In this document: positions 26,979 through 37,430 of the stretch, piece after piece
Position numbering within the stretch: position 1 is the stretch's first letter
Layout of the letters: each line of letters begins with the position of its first letter
Assembly (NCBI GenBank): GCA_018651085.1
Contig: JABIEQ010000011.1
Span: 3,563 to 67,562, forward strand
Length of the DNA stretch: 64,000 nt
Reading direction: 5' to 3'
Source of the DNA: Candidatus Magasanikiibacteriota bacterium
Lineage (GTDB): Bacteria; Patescibacteriota; Patescibacteriia; Magasanikbacterales; UBA922
The notes under the pieces: generated by a model
What the model saw: only the letters and a program-made list of their open reading frames with translations
Told to the model about the DNA's origin: nothing
Databases searched by the model: none
Translations under genes and position numbers: made by a program

Positions 26979-27833
26979 TTATGTGAGATATGCCTGAAGC
27001 GCCTCTTGCCAAGAACGAAGAAGCTTTAATTTTGTATTATTAAGAGTAGAGTGCATTGGTCTTTTTGCTGGACGCGGAAATGCATCCCCTGAGACAGGTG
27101 CGGTGTTAACGGTTTCACCTGAAATTAAAAATACTTCTTTTGCAAATTCATACCAGGTACAAGCACCATCATTTGTTATGTGATAAATTCCAGACGGTGT
27201 ATCTTCTTCAATAAGTTCTTTTACGGCATTTGCTAAATCAGGTGCATAGGTTGGAGACCCAGTTTCTTCGTGTACAAGATTAAGGCTATCTTTTCCACCT
27301 TCTCTAACCAACCAAAGCATGGTGTCTACAAAACTTTTTTTAGATCCTTCCCCTGTTCCTGGTTGTCCAAATAATTTAGATAGCCGAATAATATAATACT
27401 TCTCTGCATTCTTTTGTACATTCTGCTCTCCAAGGTATTTTGTTTGTCCATATTTATTTACGGGGTTTGGCGTATCATCTTCCTTGTACCCTCTAATATT
27501 ATTACCGTCAAATACATAATCCGTAGAAAAGTGTACAAATAAAACATCTAATTCTTTACAGACTTTAGCTAAATACCCGGGGGCAACTCCATTTATTTCT
27601 TGTGCCTTTTTATAGGTATCTTCATTTTCTTCTACAGCGTCAACGGCGTTAAAAGCTGCAGCATTTATTACAATGTCTGGGGCACATTCTTTTAGCATTT
27701 TCTCGCACATGTCTTTATCTGTAATATCAAGATCATCTTTGTCCCATGCATGTACAGTATACGTATCAGAAAAGACTCGAACGAGTTCTTGCCCGAGCAT
27801 ACCATTTTTTCCGATGATGCAGATATTTTTCAT
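26979..27833 (-). CDS. rfbD: dTDP-4-dehydrorhamnose reductase RfbD/RmlD.
   Basis: N-terminal IIGKNGMLG Rossmann motif and the SDR-type YxxxK region. Downstream hairpin GGAGGTATAGTGTACCTCC plus a T-tract. Confidence 0.8.
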   Translation of the reverse strand: MKNICIIGKNGMLGQELVRVFSDTYTVHAWDKDDLDITDKDMCEKMLKECAPDIVINAAAFNAVDAVEENEDTYKKAQEINGVAPGYLAKVCKELDVLFVHFSTDYVFDGNNIRGYKEDDTPNPVNKYGQTKYLGEQNVQKNAEKYYIIRLSKLFGQPGTGEGSKKSFVDTMLWLVREGGKDSLNLVHEETGSPTYAPDLANAVKELIEEDTPSGIYHITNDGACTWYEFAKEVFLISGETVNTAPVSGDAFPRPAKRPMHSTLNNTKLKLLRSWQEALQAYLT

Positions 27834-27839
27834 ATACTG

Positions 27840-28265
27840 TTATGCTTTTAATTCTGCTAATTTCTCATCTCGTACTTTAAGATACTCATCATAATCTTCG
27901 ATGTAGTCGCTTCTATTTGGATTATAATTTGTTGAAGACAATGCCAAAAGCACTGATCCTTCTGAAAAATCTTTAAAGTGATGCCATACATAGTTTGCCA
28001 CATACAGACCACTTGTTGGCCCTTCCATCTTGAATTCTTCTAATCCATTCCCTTGATCAATCACTGCGGTACAGGTTCCATTTATAAGAATGAAAAATTC
28101 TTTTTCTTGTAAATGACAGTGAGATCCAGTGTCTGAATTAGGCTGAGTTATAAAATAGACTCGCTTTACGTCAAAATCAATGTACTCTTTAAGCTCAACC
28201 GGACTCATGATAAATTTTTCGGTAGGAATTTTTTTAATTTCTACCATTTCAAATGGAGGTTTCAT
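27840..28265 (-). CDS. FdtA/QdtA-like dTDP-4-keto-6-deoxyhexose 3,4-isomerase (WxcM-like cupin).
   Basis: KRVYFIT ... HCH ... LALSSTNYNPNRSDYI matches the FdtA pattern RVYYIF/HAH/LASDYYDETDYI. Confidence 0.6.
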   Translation of the reverse strand: MKPPFEMVEIKKIPTEKFIMSPVELKEYIDFDVKRVYFITQPNSDTGSHCHLQEKEFFILINGTCTAVIDQGNGLEEFKMEGPTSGLYVANYVWHHFKDFSEGSVLLALSSTNYNPNRSDYIEDYDEYLKVRDEKLAELKA

Positions 28266-28277
28266 ATAAAAAGTATA

Positions 28278-29336
28278 TTATGTTGTGGCTGAAGCCATTT
28301 CTTCTTTTGATCGATCAAGTTCTTCTTGAAATACGTTCATTTCACTTTTTTTCTTTTCCCATAACATTTCTACCCAGTCAGTGTTTTCTTTGTACCAGGT
28401 AATGGTTTCCTCTAACCCCTCTTTAAACTTTTCTCTTGTGTATTCTGGTTTCCATCCTAGTGCTTCTATCTTTGACGCATCAACAGCGTAGCGTCTATCG
28501 TGCCCAGGCCTGTCTGTTACAAATTCAATTTTATCTTCACCAAATCCCATGATATCTAGCATCATTTTTGTTATTTCCAGGTTGTTTCTTTCATTGTCTG
28601 CCCCAATATTATATACGTCTCCAGGAACTCCTTTATGAAGTAATAAATCTAACGCTCTGGCATGATCTTTTACATGAATCCAATCACGTACATTTAGTCC
28701 GTCTCCGTAGAGTGACACGTTTTCTCCTTTAAGGAGACGAAACACAAAAAATGGAATCACTTTTTCTGGAAATTGGTATGGCCCATAATTATTTGAACAA
28801 TGCGTTACAATCACCGGCGTTTTATGTGTGACAAAATACGCATTACACATAAGGTCCCCTCCAGCTTTTGCAGCAGCGTAGGGCATGTTTGGCATGACTG
28901 GTGTGTTTTCTGTAAAAAGATCATCACTATCTAGAGGTAACGATCCATATACTTCGTCAGTTGAAACGTTTACAAATTTGGTGATGTTATTTGTTTTTAC
29001 GGCGTCAAGAATCATTTGTGTTCCAAGCACGTTTGTAAGGACAAAGTCTTTACACCCACCATGGATTGATCTATCTACATGAGTTTCTGCAGCAAAATTA
29101 ATCACGTGTGTGATGTTATGTTTTTGCATTGTTTCATTTAATCTATCAAGATCAATAATATCCCCTTGTACAAATGTATACCGAGGATCGTTTTCTATGT
29201 GTGTATGATTTTCAACGTTCCCTGCGTAGGTAAGTTTGTCGTAATTGACGACGTTATATTCTTTATGTGTTTCAAGAATATGATGGATAAAATTTGATCC
29301 AATAAATCCGGCTCCCCCAGTCACTAAAATGTTCAT
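28278..29336 (-). CDS. rfbB: dTDP-glucose 4,6-dehydratase RfbB/RmlB.
   Basis: MNILVTGGAGFIGSNF, catalytic YAAAKAGGD, and the C-terminal extension typical of RmlB. Confidence 0.85.
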   Translation of the reverse strand: MNILVTGGAGFIGSNFIHHILETHKEYNVVNYDKLTYAGNVENHTHIENDPRYTFVQGDIIDLDRLNETMQKHNITHVINFAAETHVDRSIHGGCKDFVLTNVLGTQMILDAVKTNNITKFVNVSTDEVYGSLPLDSDDLFTENTPVMPNMPYAAAKAGGDLMCNAYFVTHKTPVIVTHCSNNYGPYQFPEKVIPFFVFRLLKGENVSLYGDGLNVRDWIHVKDHARALDLLLHKGVPGDVYNIGADNERNNLEITKMMLDIMGFGEDKIEFVTDRPGHDRRYAVDASKIEALGWKPEYTREKFKEGLEETITWYKENTDWVEMLWEKKKSEMNVFQEELDRSKEEMASATT

Positions 29337-29344
29337 AATGCTAC

Positions 29345-29737
29345 TTATTCTTCGTAAATAATAAATTCCTTATCGTCCTTTGATCGTAAAGGCTTGTCTG
29401 AAATCATAATAAGGACACTTTCTTTCACTCGTATATTTTTAAAACTAAAGGCAACGTACGGTGGAAGATGAATAATTCCATCCCCTGGTCCTACAACCAT
29501 TTCCTTTTCTTCTTCTGTTATCGCTTGCACAAACTTTGTTTTGATTTTTCCTTTTTCTACAAAAAAAACCACATCTGTTGAACGGTAATAAAGGTTTCCT
29601 ATAATTGCCTTATCCTTTAGTGTTAGTCGTGAAATATAAACATCCCCTACTTTTACCCAGTCAAGAAGTCGGCCTTTTCTTCTTCGATCTTGTTTAAACT
29701 GATATTCGGTAATAAATTGCTTTGCGTTTCTTGTCAT
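29345..29737 (-). CDS. Small cupin-fold protein, WxcM/FdtA-like paralogue 1.
   Basis: 130 aa. Shares NKPLRSKD and the overall pattern with the adjacent paralogue and with the FdtA-like gene. Confidence 0.4.
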   Translation of the reverse strand: MTRNAKQFITEYQFKQDRRRKGRLLDWVKVGDVYISRLTLKDKAIIGNLYYRSTDVVFFVEKGKIKTKFVQAITEEEKEMVVGPGDGIIHLPPYVAFSFKNIRVKESVLIMISDKPLRSKDDKEFIIYEE

Positions 29738-29746
29738 ATTGTTATA

Positions 29747-30145
29747 TTACAATACTCTATACGCTATATTATCTTTACTTCTCAATGGTTTATTACTAAA
29801 AAATACCACGACAGCTTTTTCTGTTCCAATATTTTTTGTAGCATGCGCAATATGTGTCGGAATATGTACGGCCTCGGTTCCTTTTTCAAAATAACATACC
29901 CGCTTCTTTTTGGTTTCAATATGCTCGAAGGCTGCCTGAATTCTCCCACTTTCTACATAAAACATGACTCTTGTATCTGTATGATAGACATTTCCTGTTA
30001 TAACCTTTGGCTCTATGGTTAATCGTGAAACATATACTCCCCCAATCTTTACACTTGAGAGTATTCGCCCCTTTTTACTTTCATCATCCTTAAAGCTAAA
30101 CAAACTAATGAAAGGTGATTGAGTTTTCCCTTCTTTATCCGCCAT
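29747..30145 (-). CDS. Small cupin-fold protein, WxcM/FdtA-like paralogue 2.
   Basis: 132 aa. A paralogue of the preceding ORF (VYVSRLTI / VYISRLTL; SNKPLRSKDN). Confidence 0.4.
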   Translation of the reverse strand: MADKEGKTQSPFISLFSFKDDESKKGRILSSVKIGGVYVSRLTIEPKVITGNVYHTDTRVMFYVESGRIQAAFEHIETKKKRVCYFEKGTEAVHIPTHIAHATKNIGTEKAVVVFFSNKPLRSKDNIAYRVL

Positions 30146-30246
30146 AGATATATAGACACCATGAAAGATCCCTTACAATGACAGGTTGGGTTTGATGTAT
30201 ATATAGTGTAACACTCTCTTCTCTCTTCTACAAGAAGCCTTTTTCC

Positions 30247-31248
30247 TTAGAACTCTCCTCTATGCCATGCGTATAATTCTTGAAATATACCCCGTAGATG
30301 CTCTTTTTTTTCTTCATCTACATTCTTATTAGGAATGTCTACTAATAATGACCCCAGAACTCTTTCTCCCATAAGCAAATGGAATCTTTTTTCAAACAAT
30401 GGATCTTTTGTACAACTTGTTTTTGTCTTATAGCTTTCTATCCAGGTTTGAAGATATGCTATCACTTGCTCTTTTTTTATTGACGTGTCGTCAATTGCAT
30501 TTATACCAGCCCACAGATGGAATGTCGTATCGTACCATTTAGGTCTATATCCCCAAAAAAGGTTAGACATTAATATATAGCTGTCTTTATCTTTAAAAAT
30601 ATCTTTATTTGTCAGATGTGCATGCATGAATACTGTTGACTCTTCTTTTATTTCCTTTTGATAGGTATCTAAAAAATCTGTGACCTCTTTTTGATATGCA
30701 TTATGTTCCTTTGACATCGCTATTTTTTGCCAGTGTACTATTCTTTTTTTCGTAAATTGATATGCTGAGGCTTCTTCTTTTTCTTTTTTAATAAATGGTT
30801 CACGAAGACATTTTGTTTGGTATTCTTCAAAAAAAGTACAAAAGTCATTCATCTCTTCTTTTGAAGAAAAAGGGGCTGTGTATATATTAGGAGCATCAAT
30901 ATACTCTGACAATAAAAATCCGTATCCTTTTTCTTTATCAAAATGTTCTTTTTGATAACACATGGGCACTCTAACATGCGTACTTTTATTTTGTGCATTA
31001 AATCTTTCTAGTATATCGGCTTCATCTATCTCAAGTTCTAAGCCTTGTATCTTTAACACGGCGGCTTTCCCTTGCCAGGTTCCTTTATAAATAAGGCTCC
31101 CAACTTTATCTGTATCATAAATATACCCTCGAAAGATTTCTTCTTGTGGGATGAATCCTGTTTTGTTACAAATTTCTTCTTTTAGTGCTTGGTCTTCTTT
31201 ACAAAGTCCTTTGTGGCTAAAATATTTTTCACTAATCTTATTTCCCAT
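30247..31248 (-). CDS. Putative phosphotransferase/kinase-like protein (APH-like fold).
   Basis: 333 aa. HAHLTNKDIF ... LFWGYRP resembles the HxDxxxxN catalytic loop of aminoglycoside/choline kinase-like enzymes. Weak evidence. Confidence 0.35.
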   Translation of the reverse strand: MGNKISEKYFSHKGLCKEDQALKEEICNKTGFIPQEEIFRGYIYDTDKVGSLIYKGTWQGKAAVLKIQGLELEIDEADILERFNAQNKSTHVRVPMCYQKEHFDKEKGYGFLLSEYIDAPNIYTAPFSSKEEMNDFCTFFEEYQTKCLREPFIKKEKEEASAYQFTKKRIVHWQKIAMSKEHNAYQKEVTDFLDTYQKEIKEESTVFMHAHLTNKDIFKDKDSYILMSNLFWGYRPKWYDTTFHLWAGINAIDDTSIKKEQVIAYLQTWIESYKTKTSCTKDPLFEKRFHLLMGERVLGSLLVDIPNKNVDEEKKEHLRGIFQELYAWHRGEF

Positions 31249-31254
31249 ATATCT

Positions 31255-31710
31255 CTACCTTTTTTTTCTTTTATCCATTATAGCCTTTACGTCTTTTATA
31301 TACTTTTTCATAGGAACCCTCGCAATTTCTTTCCCAATGACTTTGAGTGGAATATCTTCTACTTTCTTAAAACGAACACACCCTCTTCCCATGTTTAATT
31401 TTTTTCCTTCTTTTTCAAATGCTTTTTTAAATAATTCCCTTCTTTTTTCTGTTGCATATATGCACATGACATAAAGGGACATATGATTTTTCTGTGACGC
31501 TAATGCTGCATACATCAACGGTTTTTTATTATATGTATCTGGGTATTCTTTTAGTGGTACTTCATAGCTGATCATCCCCCAGTTCATTACTTCCTTATAT
31601 CCTTTTGGAAGGTTCTTTTTAATAACCGCACGAACTTTTTTTATTTGTTTTCGTCGGTCTTCTGGAAGTTCTTCAAGATATTCTTTTATTGTTTTGGCTT
31701 TGCTTTGCAT
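31255..31710 (-). CDS. DUF1801 (YdhG-like) domain protein.
   Basis: KTIKEYLEELPEDRRKQIKKVRAVIKKNLPKGYKEVMNWGMISYEVP is the DUF1801 pattern. Confidence 0.5.
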   Translation of the reverse strand: MQSKAKTIKEYLEELPEDRRKQIKKVRAVIKKNLPKGYKEVMNWGMISYEVPLKEYPDTYNKKPLMYAALASQKNHMSLYVMCIYATEKRRELFKKAFEKEGKKLNMGRGCVRFKKVEDIPLKVIGKEIARVPMKKYIKDVKAIMDKRKKR

Positions 31711-31712
31711 AC

Positions 31713-32312
31713 TTATCCAATAAATTGATCAATAACTCCTTTTAGTCCAGGCGCTTCTTGTTCTGTTACTTCTTTAAAAAAATGGTGACGTGCAAGCATC
31801 CAAGACGCGATAGTCATCCCACACCAGATGTCGTGCTGTTGGATCATTCGATCAATGTCTCCTGGGGTTCTATATAGAATCTCCATATCTTCTTCTGTCT
31901 TATCTCTAGAAGGAGGCTCTCTTTGCTCGGTCACTTGTACAATATATACGCTTGTCTTATTTTTCATTATTCCTCTTGATGGTTCAAACACTCCAATTTG
32001 TTTAAAGTCTTCAGTCAAACATCCTGTTTCTTCAAACAGTTCATTTTTTGCAGCTTCTATTGGTGCTTGTCCTTCTTTTACGCCACCTCCAGGAAATTCA
32101 ATACTTTGTTTATCCATTAAATATCTGTGCTGCAATACTAATACAATTCTTCCGTCTGGTAGGACTGGGATAATAATCGCTGTTCCTGGTAGTTCTGAAT
32201 AAAAATAATCTCCTGTTTCTCCATCTTTAAATTCAAAGACATCATGCTTTGCTTTCCACCAAGGATTTTCGTGAATCGTTTCTTCACTTATTTTTTTCAG
32301 TCGTTGTGGCAT
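31713..32312 (-). CDS. NUDIX hydrolase.
   Basis: Nudix box GGGVKEGQAPIEAAKNELFEETGC. Confidence 0.75.
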   Translation of the reverse strand: MPQRLKKISEETIHENPWWKAKHDVFEFKDGETGDYFYSELPGTAIIIPVLPDGRIVLVLQHRYLMDKQSIEFPGGGVKEGQAPIEAAKNELFEETGCLTEDFKQIGVFEPSRGIMKNKTSVYIVQVTEQREPPSRDKTEEDMEILYRTPGDIDRMIQQHDIWCGMTIASWMLARHHFFKEVTEQEAPGLKGVIDQFIG

Positions 32313-32315
32313 ATA

Positions 32316-32720
32316 TTAGATAAATTTTTTAGCCAGTTCTTCAACTGGTGTGTCGCTGTCTTTTTTAATAATACCGTGAAGTCCTTTTCCTCCATCTCCA
32401 TTAAACCTTGGAATAATGTGTACATGTACATGTGGCACACTTTGCCCGGCTACTTCGTGATGGTTCCATCCGATGTTAAAGCCATCTGGATTAAGTGCGT
32501 CTTGTATTTTTTTTGTTGTGTTTTTTACACCAACCATGAGCTTTTCTAATACGTGATCTTCAAGATCACATATGGTTTCCCCATGCACCTTTGGGATAAC
32601 AACGGTATGCCCTTTTGTCATTGGGAAAATATCAAGAAATGCGAGCACATGCTCGTCTTCATATACCGTATAATTTGGTATCTCTTTTTTTAAAATTTTA
32701 CAGAAAATACACGCATCCAT
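32316..32720 (-). CDS. HIT-family (histidine triad) protein.
   Basis: CIFCKI zinc-binding N-terminus and the HVHVHIIPR triad. Confidence 0.8.
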   Translation of the reverse strand: MDACIFCKILKKEIPNYTVYEDEHVLAFLDIFPMTKGHTVVIPKVHGETICDLEDHVLEKLMVGVKNTTKKIQDALNPDGFNIGWNHHEVAGQSVPHVHVHIIPRFNGDGGKGLHGIIKKDSDTPVEELAKKFI

Positions 32721-32740
32721 ATATATCTTTTTTATATGAG

Positions 32741-34423
32741 TTATTCGTTAATACTATGCAGGATAAATGGACGAAGTTCAAGATTATTTTCTAATGTCAA
32801 AATTGCTTCTTGGAGACGGTACCCTTTTTCTTCTCCATCCTTTTTCAACAAAGCCTCATGTTCTTTTGAAAGTGTTAGATCATACAGATACACTGGCACC
32901 CCTTTTTCTAAAAGAATAGGAATAGCTTTTCTTTGAATATCAAGAGTAAACCCTTTTATAACTTTTCTTTTAGGATATATATATTTATCTCCATATCTTG
33001 TAACAATCACGGCATTGTCTTCAGTGTGAGTAACAATATCTTTTTGATACTCGTAATACGAAGACACGGATTGCTTTACACCTAAAAGCCCATCAAAAGA
33101 CGAAAACACGAGCATGTAGCTTGTATACACGAGAGATAAAAGAAGAATACTAGCAAGAACCTTTCCTAAACGAATTCTTTTCCATATGAAATACAGTACT
33201 GAGGCTACGAGTGGAAGAGATAATATATAGAGCGGTAAGGTGTAGCGCACGTATGAGGTTCCAATTGAAGGAACTTCTGCAAGATTATCTGTAAAACCCC
33301 AAGAGCCATAGACAATCATAAGATATAGACTGACACCCAAAAGCATAAGCACATATCTTTTTTCTTTTGTATATGTTGCAATTGCTAGACTCTTCCATCG
33401 AATAAGAAAACATCCTAAAAATATAGCGGGTACCCAGAACCACATAGTAAATACTTTTGGTCCGTATTCAATAATGTGTTTTACAATTGCTCGCGCATTA
33501 AACCCAAATGGAAGCACAATACTTTTGATAATAGAATCATTTCCAAATAACCCTTCGGTGATTTGCCCGGCACTTCCAATCGAGGTAGGCGGTGCATACC
33601 CTGTCCCAAAAACATGGCCATAATAACTTAATTGCCCAAAGAAAAATAATAAGGCAATAAGAATAATACCAAGGATGCCACCTCGAATAACGTGCTTTGT
33701 GACATCTTTTTTATGTATGAGAAGAAACCCAAGGGCTATAGCACTTACCCACAATACTTCTGAGGGTCTTACAAAAAGAGCTAAACTTATACCAAGACCT
33801 GCTAATAAACCCCAGGTTATTTGTTTAGTTTCTTTTACGGCTTCTTTCATCTTTAGCGCTGCGTATGATCCAATGAGAAGAAGAGTCACAAATAAGATAG
33901 TGTGCTGAAGCGGTCTACTTGCGTAATACCACCAGCCTGGAAGGATATATACGAGTATGGCACTCATGATTCCAATGTGTTCTCCCCAAATTCTTCTTAT
34001 CACTCCATATAAAAACCATGGTGCAATAACGGCACAAAGTGGCGTCAGCGTGAGCAGAATAATATTAAAAAACTCTAGACCACTTATTGCGGTAAGTCCT
34101 TTTACAATGGCTCCAAATAATATGATGACACCAGGAAATCCTATAGGGGTGAGCGCTCCATTCACCACTGTAGTACTTCTTGGATGAACTTGATTCTCTG
34201 TAAGGTCTAATAATGGTTCTTGAATTTGTCTATTCCCTTCTAGGACGTATTCTCTTATGAATGCGTAATTAATACTTTCGTCTGGTTGATTAAATATGAG
34301 GTACGGCAACGCTTTATCCCCTACAAGTGGCACGCCGCCAATGTATAAAAATAAATATGTTACGAAAAAAATACTACTCATGGCGAGTAACATGATTTTT
34401 GTTTTCCCTTTTGGTGTACTCAT
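32741..34423 (-). CDS. Polytopic membrane protein, GT-C / GT39 (ArnT/PMT)-like glycosyltransferase.
   Basis: 560 aa with at least 11 TM helices and a soluble C-terminal domain, an architecture typical of dolichyl/undecaprenyl-phosphate-sugar transferases. 4-nt overlap with the upstream methyltransferase. Confidence 0.5.
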   Translation of the reverse strand: MSTPKGKTKIMLLAMSSIFFVTYLFLYIGGVPLVGDKALPYLIFNQPDESINYAFIREYVLEGNRQIQEPLLDLTENQVHPRSTTVVNGALTPIGFPGVIILFGAIVKGLTAISGLEFFNIILLTLTPLCAVIAPWFLYGVIRRIWGEHIGIMSAILVYILPGWWYYASRPLQHTILFVTLLLIGSYAALKMKEAVKETKQITWGLLAGLGISLALFVRPSEVLWVSAIALGFLLIHKKDVTKHVIRGGILGIILIALLFFFGQLSYYGHVFGTGYAPPTSIGSAGQITEGLFGNDSIIKSIVLPFGFNARAIVKHIIEYGPKVFTMWFWVPAIFLGCFLIRWKSLAIATYTKEKRYVLMLLGVSLYLMIVYGSWGFTDNLAEVPSIGTSYVRYTLPLYILSLPLVASVLYFIWKRIRLGKVLASILLLSLVYTSYMLVFSSFDGLLGVKQSVSSYYEYQKDIVTHTEDNAVIVTRYGDKYIYPKRKVIKGFTLDIQRKAIPILLEKGVPVYLYDLTLSKEHEALLKKDGEEKGYRLQEAILTLENNLELRPFILHSINE

Positions 34424-35190
34424 ACCTTATCCGTCTTTACTAACATAAGTGCGTAATCACTTAATAATTTAGCACTTAGTTTTGGTGCTACTTTATATAG
34501 TACAACACCAATACTATTGAATACTTTTGAAAATAACCCTTTTTCTGTTTTTAGTAGATATGGGTATACATTTGTTAATCCTTCTTTTATCACTATTCCT
34601 TTATCCCCTTCTACTTCTTTTTTCAAGCTCTGTTGATTATATACATTGATGTGCCCGACATATTCAATAAGTCGTTTTCTAAAGTTTCCTTTTGTAAGGC
34701 GATCCATGAGCTTATAATATACGGTATCTTCAAGTGGTACTTTATATAATGCGCACGTTGCGATTCTTTCTATTTCTTTTATAACTTTATCTGGTTCTTG
34801 GACATGTTCTAATACATCGATCATTAATACGAGATCAATTTCTTTATCAGAAAAAGGTGTCTCTCTAATATCTCCAGCAATAGCTTTTATAATATCTTGA
34901 TTATTTTTGGTTTGAATTTCAACCATACCTGGAGAAAGATCCAAGCAATACTTTATTACTTTTTTGTCATGGGTCTCTTGAAGATACTTCGCAATATTTT
35001 TTAAAATGATTCCTGCGCCACCTCCAACATCAAGAATACACACCTCTTTTTTGGGTGTTCTTTTTATAAACGCATCGATAAATGGCTTCATTTTTTCTAT
35101 TTTCCAGGCTGAATCCTCCTCATGGAGGGTTGGATGTCCTTTAATATATTCATCAGTTGTATAGAAGGCCTCAATGCTTTCACTACTCAT
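34420..35190 (-). CDS. Class I SAM-dependent methyltransferase.
   Basis: Motif I ILDVGGGAGIIL and the acidic post-I motif MIDVLEHV. Confidence 0.65.
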   Translation of the reverse strand: MSSESIEAFYTTDEYIKGHPTLHEEDSAWKIEKMKPFIDAFIKRTPKKEVCILDVGGGAGIILKNIAKYLQETHDKKVIKYCLDLSPGMVEIQTKNNQDIIKAIAGDIRETPFSDKEIDLVLMIDVLEHVQEPDKVIKEIERIATCALYKVPLEDTVYYKLMDRLTKGNFRKRLIEYVGHINVYNQQSLKKEVEGDKGIVIKEGLTNVYPYLLKTEKGLFSKVFNSIGVVLYKVAPKLSAKLLSDYALMLVKTDKV

Positions 35191-35222
35191 ATGGGTTTAC
35201 AGGTTCTCTTTTTATGCTATGA

Positions 35223-37430
35223 TTGTGCTATGTAGAGCTTTATTTTCTATTTATGCTCCAGCTCAAATATATCACACTCCCCCTTGTCTGCCTAGCCATG
35301 ATTGCTATTGGTTTATTTAGCCAAGATCACCTATTTACGAACACCCTAGGAACCCTAGGGCTTATTGGATTTATAGGAAGTTGTGGTGTGGTTATTGCTT
35401 CCACAAAAATGTTCTTTTCTTTCCCATTACGATACGTATGGTCAGTGTTAAGTGCCACCCTATTTACGATTATAACTCACGCTGTCTTATACTTCTTTTT
35501 TGTGAGTACCCCCCTTACGATTTTTCTTACCTTTATCTTTACTGGTATTGTCTCCCTTTGCTTTTTCTTCTTTTCTTCTCATGAAGTTCCCCCTCGCTTT
35601 ACGGTACGTCGAATGTTTCGTCGTATGCTCCCGTACTTTGTTAAGCCTGCTGGCATCTCATTATCTTCTTCCCTTCTTCTTGGAACGATTATATTCTTTC
35701 AGGCGCTTCTTTTTATCCGTATTATTACAAGAGTCACAACTGGTGTCTTGCAATCCCCCTGGCTAATCTTTGGGCCAAAGTTTTTTATTCTCTTTGCTAT
35801 TACCACTGCCTTATTATTGTTTTATCACCTTAGCGTAAAGCGAACGAAAGTTGGGTTTATTTCTCTTATCTTTCATTTCTTTTTAACGTTTAGTTTAGCC
35901 GCTATTATTTATAAGCTTGGGTATGGGTATGACCCCTTCCTTCATAGAGCGACTGAATCCTATATTTTTCAATTTGGGTTTGCTGAACCAAAGACACCTT
36001 TTTATATTGGGCAATTTGTAAGTGTAAACATATTAGCGCACATCACAGGTCTTTCAGTAAAGCTTATTGATATCTGGTTGGTACCAGTACTTGCAAGTAC
36101 TCTTCTTCCTTTATGTACCTATACAACCCTACGCTATGGGTTTCGTACCTATGAGAGATACGCTAGGGCAGGAACACTATTACTCCTCCTATACCCCTTA
36201 CAAACCATGATCGCAACGACTCCACATAACCTGGCGAACTTTTTCACCCTTTCTACGATTCTTATAAGTCCGCTTGTTTTTAAGCGAACACATTTCTTAT
36301 TCATAGTAGGTTTGGTCGCATCAGCTGCGGTTGTTACCCATCCACTTACAGGAATCTTTGCATTCTGGTTTTTCTTGGGTCTTTGCCTTTTACTGTTTTT
36401 TAGAAAACACTCTTTTTCTCGAAGTATTCGTTACGCTAGTTACGCTGTTTATAGTTTCATTGGAGCAATATTAACACCTCTTCTTTTAGGGTCTTTTCTT
36501 TTAAAGCAAGGAGTGGGACTTCAACCCCTTTCTTACATTCGAGATCATCTTTCAAACTTCACTGGACTCTTTACGGCACCGTACTATTTTTTTGATACAC
36601 CCGTACCATTTTTATATGACCTCATCTACACATACAGATGGGCAGTGATTTTACTTCTTATTGGTTTTGCTATTTATGGATACTTTAATATAAAAAAGAA
36701 AACACCGTACACGATCTTTATTGCCTTTCCACTCATCATTGTTCTCAATGCTTTTTTTGCAAGCACGTGGATCACGGTCCCGAACTTACAAGTGTATGAG
36801 CAACTTCAATATGCTGAACGCTTGATGCATGTCAGTATGTTTTTCATCATACCTTTAAGTCTCTTTGGGATGGTTACCCTTATCCGTTTTATTAGACGAC
36901 AGCAAAATATCCTTATCATCAGCACCTGCCTTATAACAGCCATCTTCCTTTCGACCTCATTCTATCTTACCTACCCACAAAAAAATCCCAAGGTAAATTA
37001 CAAGGGATTTAACGTCACAAAAGCGGACAGTTTGGGTGCACAGTATATTCATAAAAAGGCTCAAGATAAGCCTTATATTGTACTTAGTAACATTATGGGA
37101 GCCGCTGCAGCCATTGATCTGTATGGGTTCTTACATTACTACGATGTAAACGGTGATCCACTCTATTATTATAGTATTCCAACTGGTGGAGAACTCTATG
37201 ATGAGTACCTTCACATGTTGTATGAAGGACAAAAGCGTGAGTACATGTATGCGGCAATGGATGTTGCCGGTGTTGATACTGCGTACTTTGTCCTCAATAA
37301 ATATTGGATTGATTTCCCTACTATTTTAGAAGGGGCAATACATTCTTCTGACGAAGCGTTTGCAACAGAAAATGGAAACGTGTGGGTGTTTAGATATTCT
37401 CGGACACCTTCCCAACTTGATACAAATTAA
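35223..37430 (+). CDS. Large polytopic membrane protein (735 aa), possibly a polysaccharide polymerase or glycosyltransferase.
   Basis: More than 14 predicted TM helices. No soluble catalytic motif recognised. Neighbours are glycosyltransferases. Confidence 0.45.
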   Translation: MCYVELYFLFMLQLKYITLPLVCLAMIAIGLFSQDHLFTNTLGTLGLIGFIGSCGVVIASTKMFFSFPLRYVWSVLSATLFTIITHAVLYFFFVSTPLTIFLTFIFTGIVSLCFFFFSSHEVPPRFTVRRMFRRMLPYFVKPAGISLSSSLLLGTIIFFQALLFIRIITRVTTGVLQSPWLIFGPKFFILFAITTALLLFYHLSVKRTKVGFISLIFHFFLTFSLAAIIYKLGYGYDPFLHRATESYIFQFGFAEPKTPFYIGQFVSVNILAHITGLSVKLIDIWLVPVLASTLLPLCTYTTLRYGFRTYERYARAGTLLLLLYPLQTMIATTPHNLANFFTLSTILISPLVFKRTHFLFIVGLVASAAVVTHPLTGIFAFWFFLGLCLLLFFRKHSFSRSIRYASYAVYSFIGAILTPLLLGSFLLKQGVGLQPLSYIRDHLSNFTGLFTAPYYFFDTPVPFLYDLIYTYRWAVILLLIGFAIYGYFNIKKKTPYTIFIAFPLIIVLNAFFASTWITVPNLQVYEQLQYAERLMHVSMFFIIPLSLFGMVTLIRFIRRQQNILIISTCLITAIFLSTSFYLTYPQKNPKVNYKGFNVTKADSLGAQYIHKKAQDKPYIVLSNIMGAAAAIDLYGFLHYYDVNGDPLYYYSIPTGGELYDEYLHMLYEGQKREYMYAAMDVAGVDTAYFVLNKYWIDFPTILEGAIHSSDEAFATENGNVWVFRYSRTPSQLDTN

